Shown piece after piece: positions 26,374 to 35,771 of a stretch of DNA of 64,000 nt (positions are counted from its first letter, which is position 1; every line of letters starts with the position of its first letter). The notes beneath the pieces were generated by a model. That model worked only from the letters and a program-made list of their open reading frames with translations, was not told the origin of the DNA and did no database searches. Origin of the DNA: an uncultured Gammaproteobacteria bacterium (GTDB taxonomy: Bacteria; Patescibacteriota; Patescibacteriia; Patescibacteriales; UBA12465); NCBI GenBank assembly GCA_964608425.1, contig CAZSNN010000001.1, forward strand, positions 1,073 through 65,072. The letters run 5' to 3'. The position numbers were made by a program, and so were the translations under genes.

Positions 26374-27447
26374 CTATTTAATTATACTTTCAATAATGGC
26401 AATCATCTCTTGGTTGCCATTTTTGATTACTTTAAAAATATTCTGAGACAACTTATTTTTTAAATTATCATCTAATAAAATATTTTTTATTTCCTTAACA
26501 AAATTATCAGAAGTTAAATTATTCTCTGACAAAACAATAGCAGCCTCTTTATTCATAAATTCAAAAGCATTAAACTCCTGATGAGAGTTAGGCATAGGAA
26601 TAAGTATGCTAGGTTTAGATAAAAAGGACAGCTCAGTTAAAGTGGCCAGACCACAACGGGAAACTACTAAATCGGCCAAAGACATCAATACTAACAAGTC
26701 TTGGTGATCGACAAACTCTATCTTCGAATAATTATCGTGATTAAAATTATTTTCTATATCGCGCAAAGACGAGCCAACAACATGAATAACCCTAGAAAAT
26801 TTTATTAAATCGTTTAAAGAATCTTTTATTAATTTATTAAGAAATAAAGACCCTGTTCCCCCTCCCAAAACTAATATCAAAGGCAAAGAAGAATCTTTTA
26901 TTTTATATTTATCTAAAACCTCGTTATGAGATAATTTTGTCTTACTAAAATCAGGCCCTAAATTACCAATCAATTTAGCATTTTTTCCATAAGCCTTCAG
27001 AGAAGTAGAAAAAGTAACAGTAATAATATTAGCAACCCTGGACATGATTTTATTAGCCAATCCTGGAACCACATCTTGTTGATGAATAATGACTGGAATT
27101 TTTAATATCCAAGCAGCCCAAGACAAAGGTACGGCCACAAAACCTCCGGCGCTAACGACCAAGCCAGGCCTTTCCTTTATTAACAAAAAAAGGGACTGCC
27201 AAAAAGCTAAAAATATTTTAAAGAAATCAATAAAATTCTTAAAAGAAAAATAACGACGCCACTTACCACTTAAAATTGGTCGATAAACAATTCCCTCTTT
27301 TTTTACCATTTCAACTTCTAGCCCAGAATAGGTTCCAACAAAAATAAAATCGAACTTATCTTTTAAGTCTCTATAGATTTGAAAAAGTGGAGTAACTGAG
27401 CCTCCCGTTCCACCACCACTTATAATTATTTTTTTATTCTTGTTCAT
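26374..27447 (-). CDS. murG: Undecaprenyldiphospho-muramoylpentapeptide beta-N-acetylglucosaminyltransferase
   Basis: IIISGGGTGGSVTPLF N-terminal G-loop and the GT28 C-terminal domain; lies between ftsW and murC. Confidence 0.8.
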   Translation of the reverse strand: MNKNKKIIISGGGTGGSVTPLFQIYRDLKDKFDFIFVGTYSGLEVEMVKKEGIVYRPILSGKWRRYFSFKNFIDFFKIFLAFWQSLFLLIKERPGLVVSAGGFVAVPLSWAAWILKIPVIIHQQDVVPGLANKIMSRVANIITVTFSTSLKAYGKNAKLIGNLGPDFSKTKLSHNEVLDKYKIKDSSLPLILVLGGGTGSLFLNKLIKDSLNDLIKFSRVIHVVGSSLRDIENNFNHDNYSKIEFVDHQDLLVLMSLADLVVSRCGLATLTELSFLSKPSILIPMPNSHQEFNAFEFMNKEAAIVLSENNLTSDNFVKEIKNILLDDNLKNKLSQNIFKVIKNGNQEMIAIIESIIK

Positions 27448-27453
27448 AGGCTA

Positions 27454-28665
27454 TTATTTATTTTTTTCTATCTTCTGTCTATCAATGCTTACCAATATTC
27501 CACAAGAAGCCAATAAAAACCAAAGGGATGTTCCACCAGCACTAACAAAAGGAAGAGGTACTCCAGTCATAGGAATTAAATTAATCATTCCGCCAATATT
27601 TAAAAAGGCTTGAAAAAATATCCAAACAGAAATACCAACCGCCATAGAACGACCATACATATCCGGAGCTCTCTTGGCAATCATTATTCCTTTATAAAAA
27701 ATAAAAAGATAAACTAACAATAACAATACGGAACCAACAAAACCAATTTCCTCGGCAATAACAGGAAAAATAGAGTCAGCCCAAACCTCCGGCAAATAAT
27801 TAAATTTTTGGATACTATTACCAAAGCCACGCCCCCAAAGACCACCAGAGCCCACCGCTATCAAAGACTGATTAACTTGATAACAAATATCTCTATCAAA
27901 TTCTGGATTCTGTAAACACCTTATTCTATTAATCTGATAACTCCTCATTAAACCATCTGAATCTGGGTTATTCAAATTTGATAAAAAAATTAGAGATGAA
28001 AAAACAAAGATCAAAAACAATATTATTAATTGTTTCATATTACCCTCGGCTACAAAATAAATCGACAAGGCAATTGTAAAAACCAATATAAATGTCCCCA
28101 AATCAGGTTGAGCTATTAATAATATTCCAATTAGAGAAACTACCGATAAAAATGGTAGTAGTCCAGTAGAAAATTGTTTTAAATCATCTTGCCGACTCTC
28201 AACCCAAGCCGCCAGATAAAAAATAAGTAATAACTTTACTGCCTCAGCCACTTGAAAAGACTGCCCAAAAACAACTATCCAACTATAGGAGGTACCAAAT
28301 TCGGCTCTAACACCCGGAACAAAAACTAGTACCAATAAAGATATAGCCAAGACTAAAAAAAATAAGGAATATTTTCTCAAAAAATGATAATCAATCTTAG
28401 CTAGGACTAAAAAAGATATTAAGCCCAAAGAAAGACCAAATAATTGTTTTTTAATATAATAATAAGCATCACCAGTATTAGAATGAGCTGTTACTAAAGA
28501 AGCGCTAAATAAAATCACTAAACCAAAAACTACCAATAAAAGTATTGTGATCACAAAAGATCTATCGATCGAACCACTAGCAAAAAACAATTTAACCCTA
28601 GGAGCATTATTAGTTTTTCTCTCCTTGGGGTTTTCCAGCCGTCTTGTTTCCTCTCTCTTAAACAT
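27454..28665 (-). CDS. ftsW: SEDS-family peptidoglycan glycosyltransferase FtsW/RodA
   Basis: Polytopic membrane protein with NSIQKFNYLPEVWADSIFPVIAEEIGFVG SEDS signature; position between mraY and murG favours FtsW. Confidence 0.75.
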   Translation of the reverse strand: MFKREETRRLENPKERKTNNAPRVKLFFASGSIDRSFVITILLLVVFGLVILFSASLVTAHSNTGDAYYYIKKQLFGLSLGLISFLVLAKIDYHFLRKYSLFFLVLAISLLVLVFVPGVRAEFGTSYSWIVVFGQSFQVAEAVKLLLIFYLAAWVESRQDDLKQFSTGLLPFLSVVSLIGILLIAQPDLGTFILVFTIALSIYFVAEGNMKQLIILFLIFVFSSLIFLSNLNNPDSDGLMRSYQINRIRCLQNPEFDRDICYQVNQSLIAVGSGGLWGRGFGNSIQKFNYLPEVWADSIFPVIAEEIGFVGSVLLLLVYLFIFYKGIMIAKRAPDMYGRSMAVGISVWIFFQAFLNIGGMINLIPMTGVPLPFVSAGGTSLWFLLASCGILVSIDRQKIEKNK

Positions 28666-28671
28666 TTTATT

Positions 28672-29721
28672 TTAATTAAAAGTTTTATCAGCAAAAAATA
28701 TCAAAAGACCTAATAAGGCCATTACTCCTGACACCAACCAAAACCTCATAACAATTTTACTCTCTGGCCAATTTTGAGCTTGAAAATGATGATGTATAGG
28801 GGCTGATAAAAAAACTCTCTTTTTTCTAATTTTTCTAGATAAAATTTGAATAATAACTGACAAAGATTCAATTAAAAAAATAAACCCAATAAATGGCAAA
28901 ATCAAAACATTATTAGTAAGCAAGGCAATTATTCCCAAGGTTATCCCTAAGCTCATGGACCCAGTATCGCCCATATAAAATCTAGCTGGCGGAATATTAA
29001 ACCACAAAAACGCTAATAAAGCTCCAATAATAACGGCACAAAAAGCTGCTAAATCATATCTACCCATCACAAAAGATATTACTCCATAAGAAGCAAAAGC
29101 CACTAAAAGAGTTCCTCCAGCCAAACCGTCCAAACCATCGGTTTCATTAACCGAAAAAGAGGTTGCCACAATCACGAAGATAAAGACTGGAATATACCAC
29201 CAACCAATTTCAAAATAACCTAAAAAAGGAACGTGAATAGTGGTCCAATCTAATTTAAAGTAAAACCACAAAGCCCCAATAATTGCTATTAATGTATATA
29301 TTAATAATCTATGTCTCATTTTTAAACCTCCGCCACCAAAAACGCCCTTCTTTCTAATATCCAACCAATCATCCACCAAACCAATAAGAGCCGAGGCCAC
29401 CAAAGCTCCTAAGGGCAATAAGGTTTCTTTTTGGGTCAAAAAATTAAAAGCAGAAATTAGTTTGTCCGGGAAAAGCAAGGATAAATAATAAAAGACCACA
29501 ATAAGAAATAAAACTGTCCCCCAGATTAAAACCCCTCCCATAGTTGGAGTCCCAGCCTTATGAGCATGCAACTTGGAAAAAATTGGAGTATCGCCAGAAT
29601 TTCTAATTTGCTTCCCTAGTTTATGTTTGTATAAAAAATTTGTTAAAATCGGAGTCCAAGAAACTGTAAAAATAAAGGCTAATATAAAAAGAAACAAAAC
29701 TTTAATAATTTGAATTTCCAT
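28672..29721 (-). CDS. mraY: Phospho-N-acetylmuramoyl-pentapeptide transferase
   Basis: KAGTPTMGG, VDDWLDI, NETDGLDGLAGG motifs of MraY; 349 aa. Confidence 0.85.
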   Translation of the reverse strand: MEIQIIKVLFLFILAFIFTVSWTPILTNFLYKHKLGKQIRNSGDTPIFSKLHAHKAGTPTMGGVLIWGTVLFLIVVFYYLSLLFPDKLISAFNFLTQKETLLPLGALVASALIGLVDDWLDIRKKGVFGGGGLKMRHRLLIYTLIAIIGALWFYFKLDWTTIHVPFLGYFEIGWWYIPVFIFVIVATSFSVNETDGLDGLAGGTLLVAFASYGVISFVMGRYDLAAFCAVIIGALLAFLWFNIPPARFYMGDTGSMSLGITLGIIALLTNNVLILPFIGFIFLIESLSVIIQILSRKIRKKRVFLSAPIHHHFQAQNWPESKIVMRFWLVSGVMALLGLLIFFADKTFN

Positions 29722-29729
29722 ACTTATAA

Positions 29730-30143
29730 TTAAAAATTAATTAAATAAAGTGAGAACAAAGACAATGCCAAAAAGATATTGATCAATAACAAAAACCCTA
29801 AAAGAAACTGAGCTAAAAATTTAAAATGATCTCTCTTTAACAAAATCAATAAAATAATTTTATTTAACAAAATAAAAAACAAGCTTAATAAAGGAATTAT
29901 AAAAAAATAATTTTTGTTTCCAATCAAATCAATCCCAAAATCGACATTATAATGCAAAATAGAAATCTCCTGAGAAATATTTCTATGTATTAAATAAGCG
30001 CTAATCCAAAGCAATAAGTTAATAGAAATAGCCGACAAAAAATAAATTTTAATAAAAGCCTCTCTATATAAATCACTTGATAGAGCCTTAAATCTCTTTA
30101 AAAAAACAGAGATTCTTTCATATATTTTAATTAAAAAATCCAT
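29730..30143 (-). CDS. Hypothetical small polytopic membrane protein
   Basis: 137 aa, 3-4 predicted TM helices, directly upstream of mraY; no family assignable. Confidence 0.35.
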   Translation of the reverse strand: MDFLIKIYERISVFLKRFKALSSDLYREAFIKIYFLSAISINLLLWISAYLIHRNISQEISILHYNVDFGIDLIGNKNYFFIIPLLSLFFILLNKIILLILLKRDHFKFLAQFLLGFLLLINIFLALSLFSLYLINF

Positions 30144-30240
30144 ATCACTTATTTAGTTATTCTATGGTTTAATCTTAACATATTTAAATATAATATAAAA
30201 TATGTTATTATTCCAGTGGATAATTAAAGAAAATTAAATT

Positions 30241-30912
30241 ATGAAAGTATTTTGTGTAATTCCAGCCTATTATGAAGAAAAAAATATAGCCAAAGTTATT
30301 CAAAAAGTTTTGGATTACGTCGATTTTTTAGTGGTAATAGATGATGGTTCCAAGGACCAAACTTATAATGAAGCTATAAAAATAAAATCAGAAAAATTAA
30401 AAGTTCTAAGACATCCAATTAATCTTGGACAAGGAGCCTCTCTACAAACTGGCAATGAATATGCTATTCAACAAGGAGCTGATATAATAATTCATTTTGA
30501 TGCTGACGGCCAATTTTTAGCTGAAGAAATTAAAAAAGTAGTTAACCCAATTATAGAAGAAAATGCTGATATAGTTTTCGGGTCTCGCTTCTTAGAAATA
30601 AAATCTGATATTCCAAGATTCAAAAAAAATATTATTATGCCGATGGCCAAAGTATTTAATTATGTTTTTTTTGGAATAAAAACTAGCGATCCCCAAAGTG
30701 GTTTTCGAGCTATGAAAACAGAAATAGCCAAGAAAATAAAAATTGAAAACAATAGAATGGCTCATTGTACCGAAATTCTAGCTAAAGCCCACAAACATAA
30801 ATTAAAAATAAAGGAAGTTTCCATAACCGTACTATATGAAGAATTTGGCCAAAAATTTTCCGGTGGTTTAAAGATAATTAAAGACTTAATATTTAAAAAA
30901 ATAAGTAATTAA
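30241..30912 (+). CDS. Glycosyltransferase family 2, polyprenyl-phosphate sugar synthase-like (DPM1/GtrB/ArnC-type)
   Basis: VIPAYYEEKNIAKVI...VVIDDGSKD GT-A N-terminus with the DAD and QxxRW-region equivalents; 223 aa soluble form. Confidence 0.7.
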   Translation: MKVFCVIPAYYEEKNIAKVIQKVLDYVDFLVVIDDGSKDQTYNEAIKIKSEKLKVLRHPINLGQGASLQTGNEYAIQQGADIIIHFDADGQFLAEEIKKVVNPIIEENADIVFGSRFLEIKSDIPRFKKNIIMPMAKVFNYVFFGIKTSDPQSGFRAMKTEIAKKIKIENNRMAHCTEILAKAHKHKLKIKEVSITVLYEEFGQKFSGGLKIIKDLIFKKISN

Positions 30913-30929
30913 AAATTAATTTTTAAAAT

Positions 30930-31247
30930 ATGATACAACAAGTAATCGCTATAATAATCTTATTATTTTTTATAGTTAAATTAGGAAGAGAATGGAAAAA
31001 GAAATCTATTAGTCTTAACGAACTTGTTTTTTGGTTAGTTTTCTGGCTAATCGGAGTCTTAATTATCGCTTTCATTAAACCGATTGATCAAATTGTAATG
31101 AATTTAGGGTTCTCTTCTTCGGGTATAAACTTAGTGTTCTACCTAGCAGTTCTATTTCTCTTTTACTTAATATTTAGAATGAGAATCAGGATGGTAAAAT
31201 TAGAAAAAGACATCACTGATTTAAGCAGAAAGATTACTTTAAAATAA
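30930..31247 (+). CDS. Small membrane protein, DUF2304-like (GT2-associated)
   Basis: 105 aa, 3 TM, C-terminal amphipathic helix. Gene pairing with a DPM1-like GT2 is the usual context for DUF2304. Family call made from memory. Confidence 0.4.
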   Translation: MIQQVIAIIILLFFIVKLGREWKKKSISLNELVFWLVFWLIGVLIIAFIKPIDQIVMNLGFSSSGINLVFYLAVLFLFYLIFRMRIRMVKLEKDITDLSRKITLK

Positions 31248-31251
31248 AAAA

Positions 31252-31311
31252 TCCCTCAGATTTCAAGAACTTATTGTTCTAAAAATCTAAGGGACAAAGG
31301 ATCAAAGATCC
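31252..31311. other. Nested imperfect hairpins between convergent genes (terminator-like, no U-tract)
   Basis: TCCCTCAGATTT...AGAAC-ttatt-GTTCT...AAATCTAAGGGA (one mismatch), then GGATC-AAA-GATCC; located 3' of both the DUF2304-like gene (+) and the aberrant-tail gene (-). Confidence 0.3.
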
Positions 31312-31349
31312 AAAGGGTCAAAATTTCAAAGTGTCCGAGGGACTAAGTA

Positions 31350-31841
31350 CTAACTCAACTTGGGGACGACAACACGACGACGACAGCCAGCACCCCAAAC
31401 GTAAGCATCGTCGAAATGATAAACGCCGACAATCAGACCATACGAATACACACCCACGCGGACGACAAAAAATTTATCTCTCCTAAAAAGTCTTCTTTTT
31501 TTGAAAAGAAAAAAAGTTCCATGGCCGTCTTGCCTTAAACGCTCGGGATATTTAACACAAAAATCAATAATTTGATCCTGTGTTAGGCACAAAGAATCAA
31601 GATCGTCTGATAGAGAGGTAAATATGTCTTTGAAAGTGGCATCTTTTACCATTTCATAAATTTTTACTTCTGTTTCCGGCGTACTTTTACTTTTCTTATT
31701 CAAATCCCAATTTTTAAAATCCTCATCCACATAAGAAGGAAATACCTCTCTTGAGTTGTAAATTGTTCTATTTCCGTTAAGTTCAGGAATAATAATTTTC
31801 TCATTTTCATACAAAACATTCAATAAACTTGATTTTTTCAT
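31350..31841 (-). CDS. Hypothetical protein with compositionally aberrant GC-rich C-terminal tail
   Basis: 163 aa, no recognisable domain. The last roughly 40 codons (GVYSYGLIVGVYHFDDAYVWGAGCRRRVVVPKLS) use GTC/GTG/CGC/GGC codons atypical for this genome. Confidence 0.4.
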   Translation of the reverse strand: MKKSSLLNVLYENEKIIIPELNGNRTIYNSREVFPSYVDEDFKNWDLNKKSKSTPETEVKIYEMVKDATFKDIFTSLSDDLDSLCLTQDQIIDFCVKYPERLRQDGHGTFFLFKKRRLFRRDKFFVVRVGVYSYGLIVGVYHFDDAYVWGAGCRRRVVVPKLS

Positions 31842-31919
31842 GACTTATATATTTTAAAAGTTATTTTAAAAGAACAAAACTATCCAATTAAACTATCACA
31901 AATACTTATATATGTCAAA

Positions 31920-32663
31920 CTACTTTTGACAATAATAAGTTCTACTTTCAACCCTAGGTCCACAATAAGTATCTTTTTTAATACTTAAAACCTTAAAACC
32001 ATTATCCTCTAAAAATTTTCTCATATCATTTTCTGAAATGAAACTCATTTTAATAGGATACAGACCTAATTGTTGATATAAAAATTTTTCCGAAAAGCCA
32101 ATCTTATTTAAAAGATTATACAAACGCCTAATTGGCTGTAAACGAAAAGTCCACGGAATTTTACTAGGCAATTGAAAAACTAACCCTCCACCGGATTTTA
32201 GAATTCTTTTAAATTCTAAAATATATTTTTTAATAAAATCTTTATCAGGTAAATGCTGTAAAACAATCCCCGAATAAATAAAGTCAAATTTATCATTATC
32301 AAATATTTCTAAATTATCATTATTCAAGAAGAATTCTACCGCTAGACCTTTATTAATATCTCGAGCCTTTTTTATCATCGCCTCAGAAATATCTGTTCCA
32401 TTATATTTATCAAAATGTTTTAACCAATGTCTAGCTAAGCGTCCTACCCCACAACCAAAATCAAGCATCTCTCCTTTATTTAATTCTGGAAATATTTTCT
32501 TTAATTCAAAAAAGACATTTTCTACCTCAGCCTCTCCGGTTTTAATAAACTCATCTAAATTCCAATTATTAAACCTCTTACTATTATCAGATAGTACCGC
32601 CCAAAAAGGATCTGACTCCCCCAGGGCCTCCCAATTTTTTTTATGATTTTCAATTTTATTCAT
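31920..32663 (-). CDS. Class I SAM-dependent methyltransferase
   Basis: MLDFGCGVGRLARHW motif I and a downstream acidic motif II; 247 aa. Confidence 0.7.
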   Translation of the reverse strand: MNKIENHKKNWEALGESDPFWAVLSDNSKRFNNWNLDEFIKTGEAEVENVFFELKKIFPELNKGEMLDFGCGVGRLARHWLKHFDKYNGTDISEAMIKKARDINKGLAVEFFLNNDNLEIFDNDKFDFIYSGIVLQHLPDKDFIKKYILEFKRILKSGGGLVFQLPSKIPWTFRLQPIRRLYNLLNKIGFSEKFLYQQLGLYPIKMSFISENDMRKFLEDNGFKVLSIKKDTYCGPRVESRTYYCQK

Positions 32664-32673
32664 ATAGAAAGAA

Positions 32674-34656
32674 TTATTTTTTAAAATAAAATATTTTTAT
32701 TTTTCCATTATTAATATCATAAGTCTCATCAGATATTATTTTCAACTCCTGAACAATTCTATCAAATCCCCACCAATAATCATTTGTTACCAAATAGACA
32801 CTATCAGCTCCTAACTCCTTAATTAAATCCATCATCAAATCTCTATTAGGATTTTCAATCATTTTTAAATAATAATCATAAGGTAGCCCCCCGGTTTGGA
32901 CTGAATAATAAAACCAAGAACCATAATACCTCTTAAAACCATACTCTTTAATAGCACTAGCCCCCACCTGTTGATTAGCTAAAACAATATAATTATCATT
33001 TTCTTTATGCTCTTCAATAAATCTCACTGCTATAAAATCATCTTGAGACACCGAAAAAGATCTAGAATTAAAATAATTATCTTTACGAGGATAATTTAGA
33101 TACAAAGAAGATAATAATAGACCAGAAAGAAAAAACAGAATAATAATTTTAAAAAATATTTTTTCTTCCTTTATTTTTTTCATCAAACAAATAAATATTT
33201 CATAAAAAATCGGAATTAAAAATAGAAATGAGATAATCAATATCCTATTAGCATAACTACCCTTATCAATCTGACTTAAAAAAGGAAAATCAATAAATAA
33301 ACTTAGAAAATAAGAAAACAATAAGGCGCTAGAATTAAAATAAAATATCTTTAGATCCTGACGATTATATTTGATCACAAAAAATGTCGTTAGCAAAAAC
33401 AATAATAATAACCAAATATTTCTATTCAAACCAAAAAAATAAATAAAATTTAAAAAAATATTTTCTTGTCCTAAAAATTTTGGCACCCAATTAGAAAAAT
33501 CAAAAGACATCGAAGTTAGTCGCCCGCCAGAAAATATTAATAATAATGGTAAAATAATTATTTGAGAGAAATAAGAAAAATATTTTAAAAATTTAACAAA
33601 AAACAAAGGTAATCTTATCTTTACATTAATACCACTAACAACGAGGCTATTAAGCCAGAAAATAAAAATAAAAATGATAGCCGGAACTCCAGCCAAAGGA
33701 TGAATAAAAAATATTGTTAAAGCCCAGGAAAATAAAAATAAAAAATTATATTGATTATTAACAAAATATTTATTAAAAGAAAACAATAATAAAATTAACA
33801 AGAATAAAAAAGCTAAATTTTGTGGAACAGTATAGGTAAAAATAGAAAATGGCAAAATTAAGAATAATAATAATGGCCAAATCATTTTATTAAAACCTCT
33901 GTTTTTAAAATTAAAAATAAAGGTAATTGGTATTAACAAAGTTGACAATATCGGAACCAATAATTTATCTAACGACTCCGAAGAAAAAGGCCAAATTTTT
34001 AAAATAAGAAATTCTAAAACATATTGCCCAATATAATAGATAGTCTTGGGTTCAATTAAGCCGGAACTAATAATTTCCTTAATAGCACTTTGATGAAGTA
34101 ATTGATCATAACCAAAAGCAATCTTGTAAACAAAAAAAGAGATGGAAAAAAATAAAAAATATAATAAAATTATAAAGAAATAAGAAGTCCGACTTTTTAA
34201 ATAAAAATTTATAAATAATAATACCAATAAACCAAATAATAAAAACCAAAAATTAGCAGAAATAAAGCTCCAGGGGGAATTAATAGCCAAAAGACTACCG
34301 GAGGAGGCCAGCATTTTAAACAAAAAATAAAATAAAGCTAAAATCGAAATAGTTAATAATACTTTAGCAAAAACCCATAATTTATTATTATAATCATCAG
34401 AAAATACTGCTAATACTGATTTTTCTTGCTGACCTTTACAGGAAATGGTAAAATAAACAAACAGGCTAGTTAATCCTAATGCCCCCAATAAAGAAAAAAT
34501 TACCACTAAATTATTGAGCCTATAAAAATAATAAAAAATTGAAGAAATATTAATCGTTAAAGATAAAAACAATAATAAAACGACTAGAATATTTTTCCTC
34601 ATATAAGACCAAATTTTTTCTAAAATAATATTATTCATACCTATATAATATAGCAA
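32674..34656 (-). CDS. Polytopic membrane protein, GT-C-like glycosyltransferase candidate (ArnT/PMT/GtrC-like) with C-terminal soluble domain
   Basis: 660 aa, more than 12 TM helices and a roughly 150-aa C-terminal hydrophilic domain; sits next to a DPM1-like GT2 and GT1 genes. The fold assignment is inferred. Confidence 0.4.
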   Translation of the reverse strand: MLYYIGMNNIILEKIWSYMRKNILVVLLLFLSLTINISSIFYYFYRLNNLVVIFSLLGALGLTSLFVYFTISCKGQQEKSVLAVFSDDYNNKLWVFAKVLLTISILALFYFLFKMLASSGSLLAINSPWSFISANFWFLLFGLLVLLFINFYLKSRTSYFFIILLYFLFFSISFFVYKIAFGYDQLLHQSAIKEIISSGLIEPKTIYYIGQYVLEFLILKIWPFSSESLDKLLVPILSTLLIPITFIFNFKNRGFNKMIWPLLLFLILPFSIFTYTVPQNLAFLFLLILLLFSFNKYFVNNQYNFLFLFSWALTIFFIHPLAGVPAIIFIFIFWLNSLVVSGINVKIRLPLFFVKFLKYFSYFSQIIILPLLLIFSGGRLTSMSFDFSNWVPKFLGQENIFLNFIYFFGLNRNIWLLLLFLLTTFFVIKYNRQDLKIFYFNSSALLFSYFLSLFIDFPFLSQIDKGSYANRILIISFLFLIPIFYEIFICLMKKIKEEKIFFKIIILFFLSGLLLSSLYLNYPRKDNYFNSRSFSVSQDDFIAVRFIEEHKENDNYIVLANQQVGASAIKEYGFKRYYGSWFYYSVQTGGLPYDYYLKMIENPNRDLMMDLIKELGADSVYLVTNDYWWGFDRIVQELKIISDETYDINNGKIKIFYFKK

Positions 34657-34669
34657 AAAATTAAAATAT

Positions 34670-35770
34670 ATGAAAATTGCTCAAATTGTTTGCGTCTATC
34701 CGCCCTACTCTGGCGGAATTGGCACTTCAGCTCAAAAAATTCAAAAAACTTTATCTAACGAACATGAGAGTTTTGTTTTCACGACCAAAACTAAAAACAA
34801 TAGCTCAGAAGATGACAAAAAAAACAATATTATCAGGCTAAAGCCATTATTAAAATTAGGTCATGGAGCAATCTTGCTATCTCTTTTTAAGAATCTAAAG
34901 AAATTTGATACTATTTATTTCCATTATCCCTTTTTTGGAACATCTTTAATGGTCTGGCTATTTAAAATATTTTACCCACAAAAAAAATTGATAATCCATT
35001 ATCATATGGATGTTAAGCACAAAAATATTTTGTTTAAAATTTTAAGCTGGCCAGAAGAAATAATTAAAAAATCATTGTTCAAAAAAGCTGATTACATAAT
35101 TAGTGCCTCACTTGATTATATTCAAAATAGCCAAATCAAAAAAATTTATAAAAAATACTCAAATAAATTTAAAGAAATTCCCTTCTCTATTAATACTAAG
35201 GAATTTAAACCCTTGGAAAATATTCAAAAAGAAAATATCGTTTTATTTGTTGGCGGATTAGATAAGGCTCATTATTTTAAAGGAGTTGATATTTTAATAA
35301 AAGCTATTAGCCAAATAAAAGATATTGATTGGAAATTAAAAATAATTGGCGAAGGAGAATTACAAAAAGATCTTATCAATTTAGCTAATAATTTAAAAAT
35401 AGATAACAGAGTTGAATTTATCGGAAAACTAAAAAAAGAAGAATTAATAAAAAATTATCAAACTGCTAAAGTCTTGGTATTGCCTTCCATTAATAGTAAC
35501 GAGGCCTTCGGTATAGTTCTAATAGAAGCAATGTCCTGTGGAACTCCAGTTATTGCCTCAAATTTGCCAGGAGTCAGAACTGTTTTTGAAAATCAAAAAT
35601 CAGGCTTTAAAATAGAACCCAAAAACATTGAAGATTTAAAGAGCAAAATAGAATTAATTTTAAACGATAAAAAAAATTATCAAAATATGAGTCAAGCAGC
35701 CCATAAATTAGTCCTCGAAAAATATTCCGAAGAAGTAATCAATTTAAAAATATTAGAATTATTTAAATAA
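34670..35770 (+). CDS. Glycosyltransferase family 1
   Basis: EAFGIVLIEAMSCGTPVIASNLPGV GT-B C-terminal motif; 366 aa. Confidence 0.75.
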   Translation: MKIAQIVCVYPPYSGGIGTSAQKIQKTLSNEHESFVFTTKTKNNSSEDDKKNNIIRLKPLLKLGHGAILLSLFKNLKKFDTIYFHYPFFGTSLMVWLFKIFYPQKKLIIHYHMDVKHKNILFKILSWPEEIIKKSLFKKADYIISASLDYIQNSQIKKIYKKYSNKFKEIPFSINTKEFKPLENIQKENIVLFVGGLDKAHYFKGVDILIKAISQIKDIDWKLKIIGEGELQKDLINLANNLKIDNRVEFIGKLKKEELIKNYQTAKVLVLPSINSNEAFGIVLIEAMSCGTPVIASNLPGVRTVFENQKSGFKIEPKNIEDLKSKIELILNDKKNYQNMSQAAHKLVLEKYSEEVINLKILELFK

Positions 35771-35771
35771 T

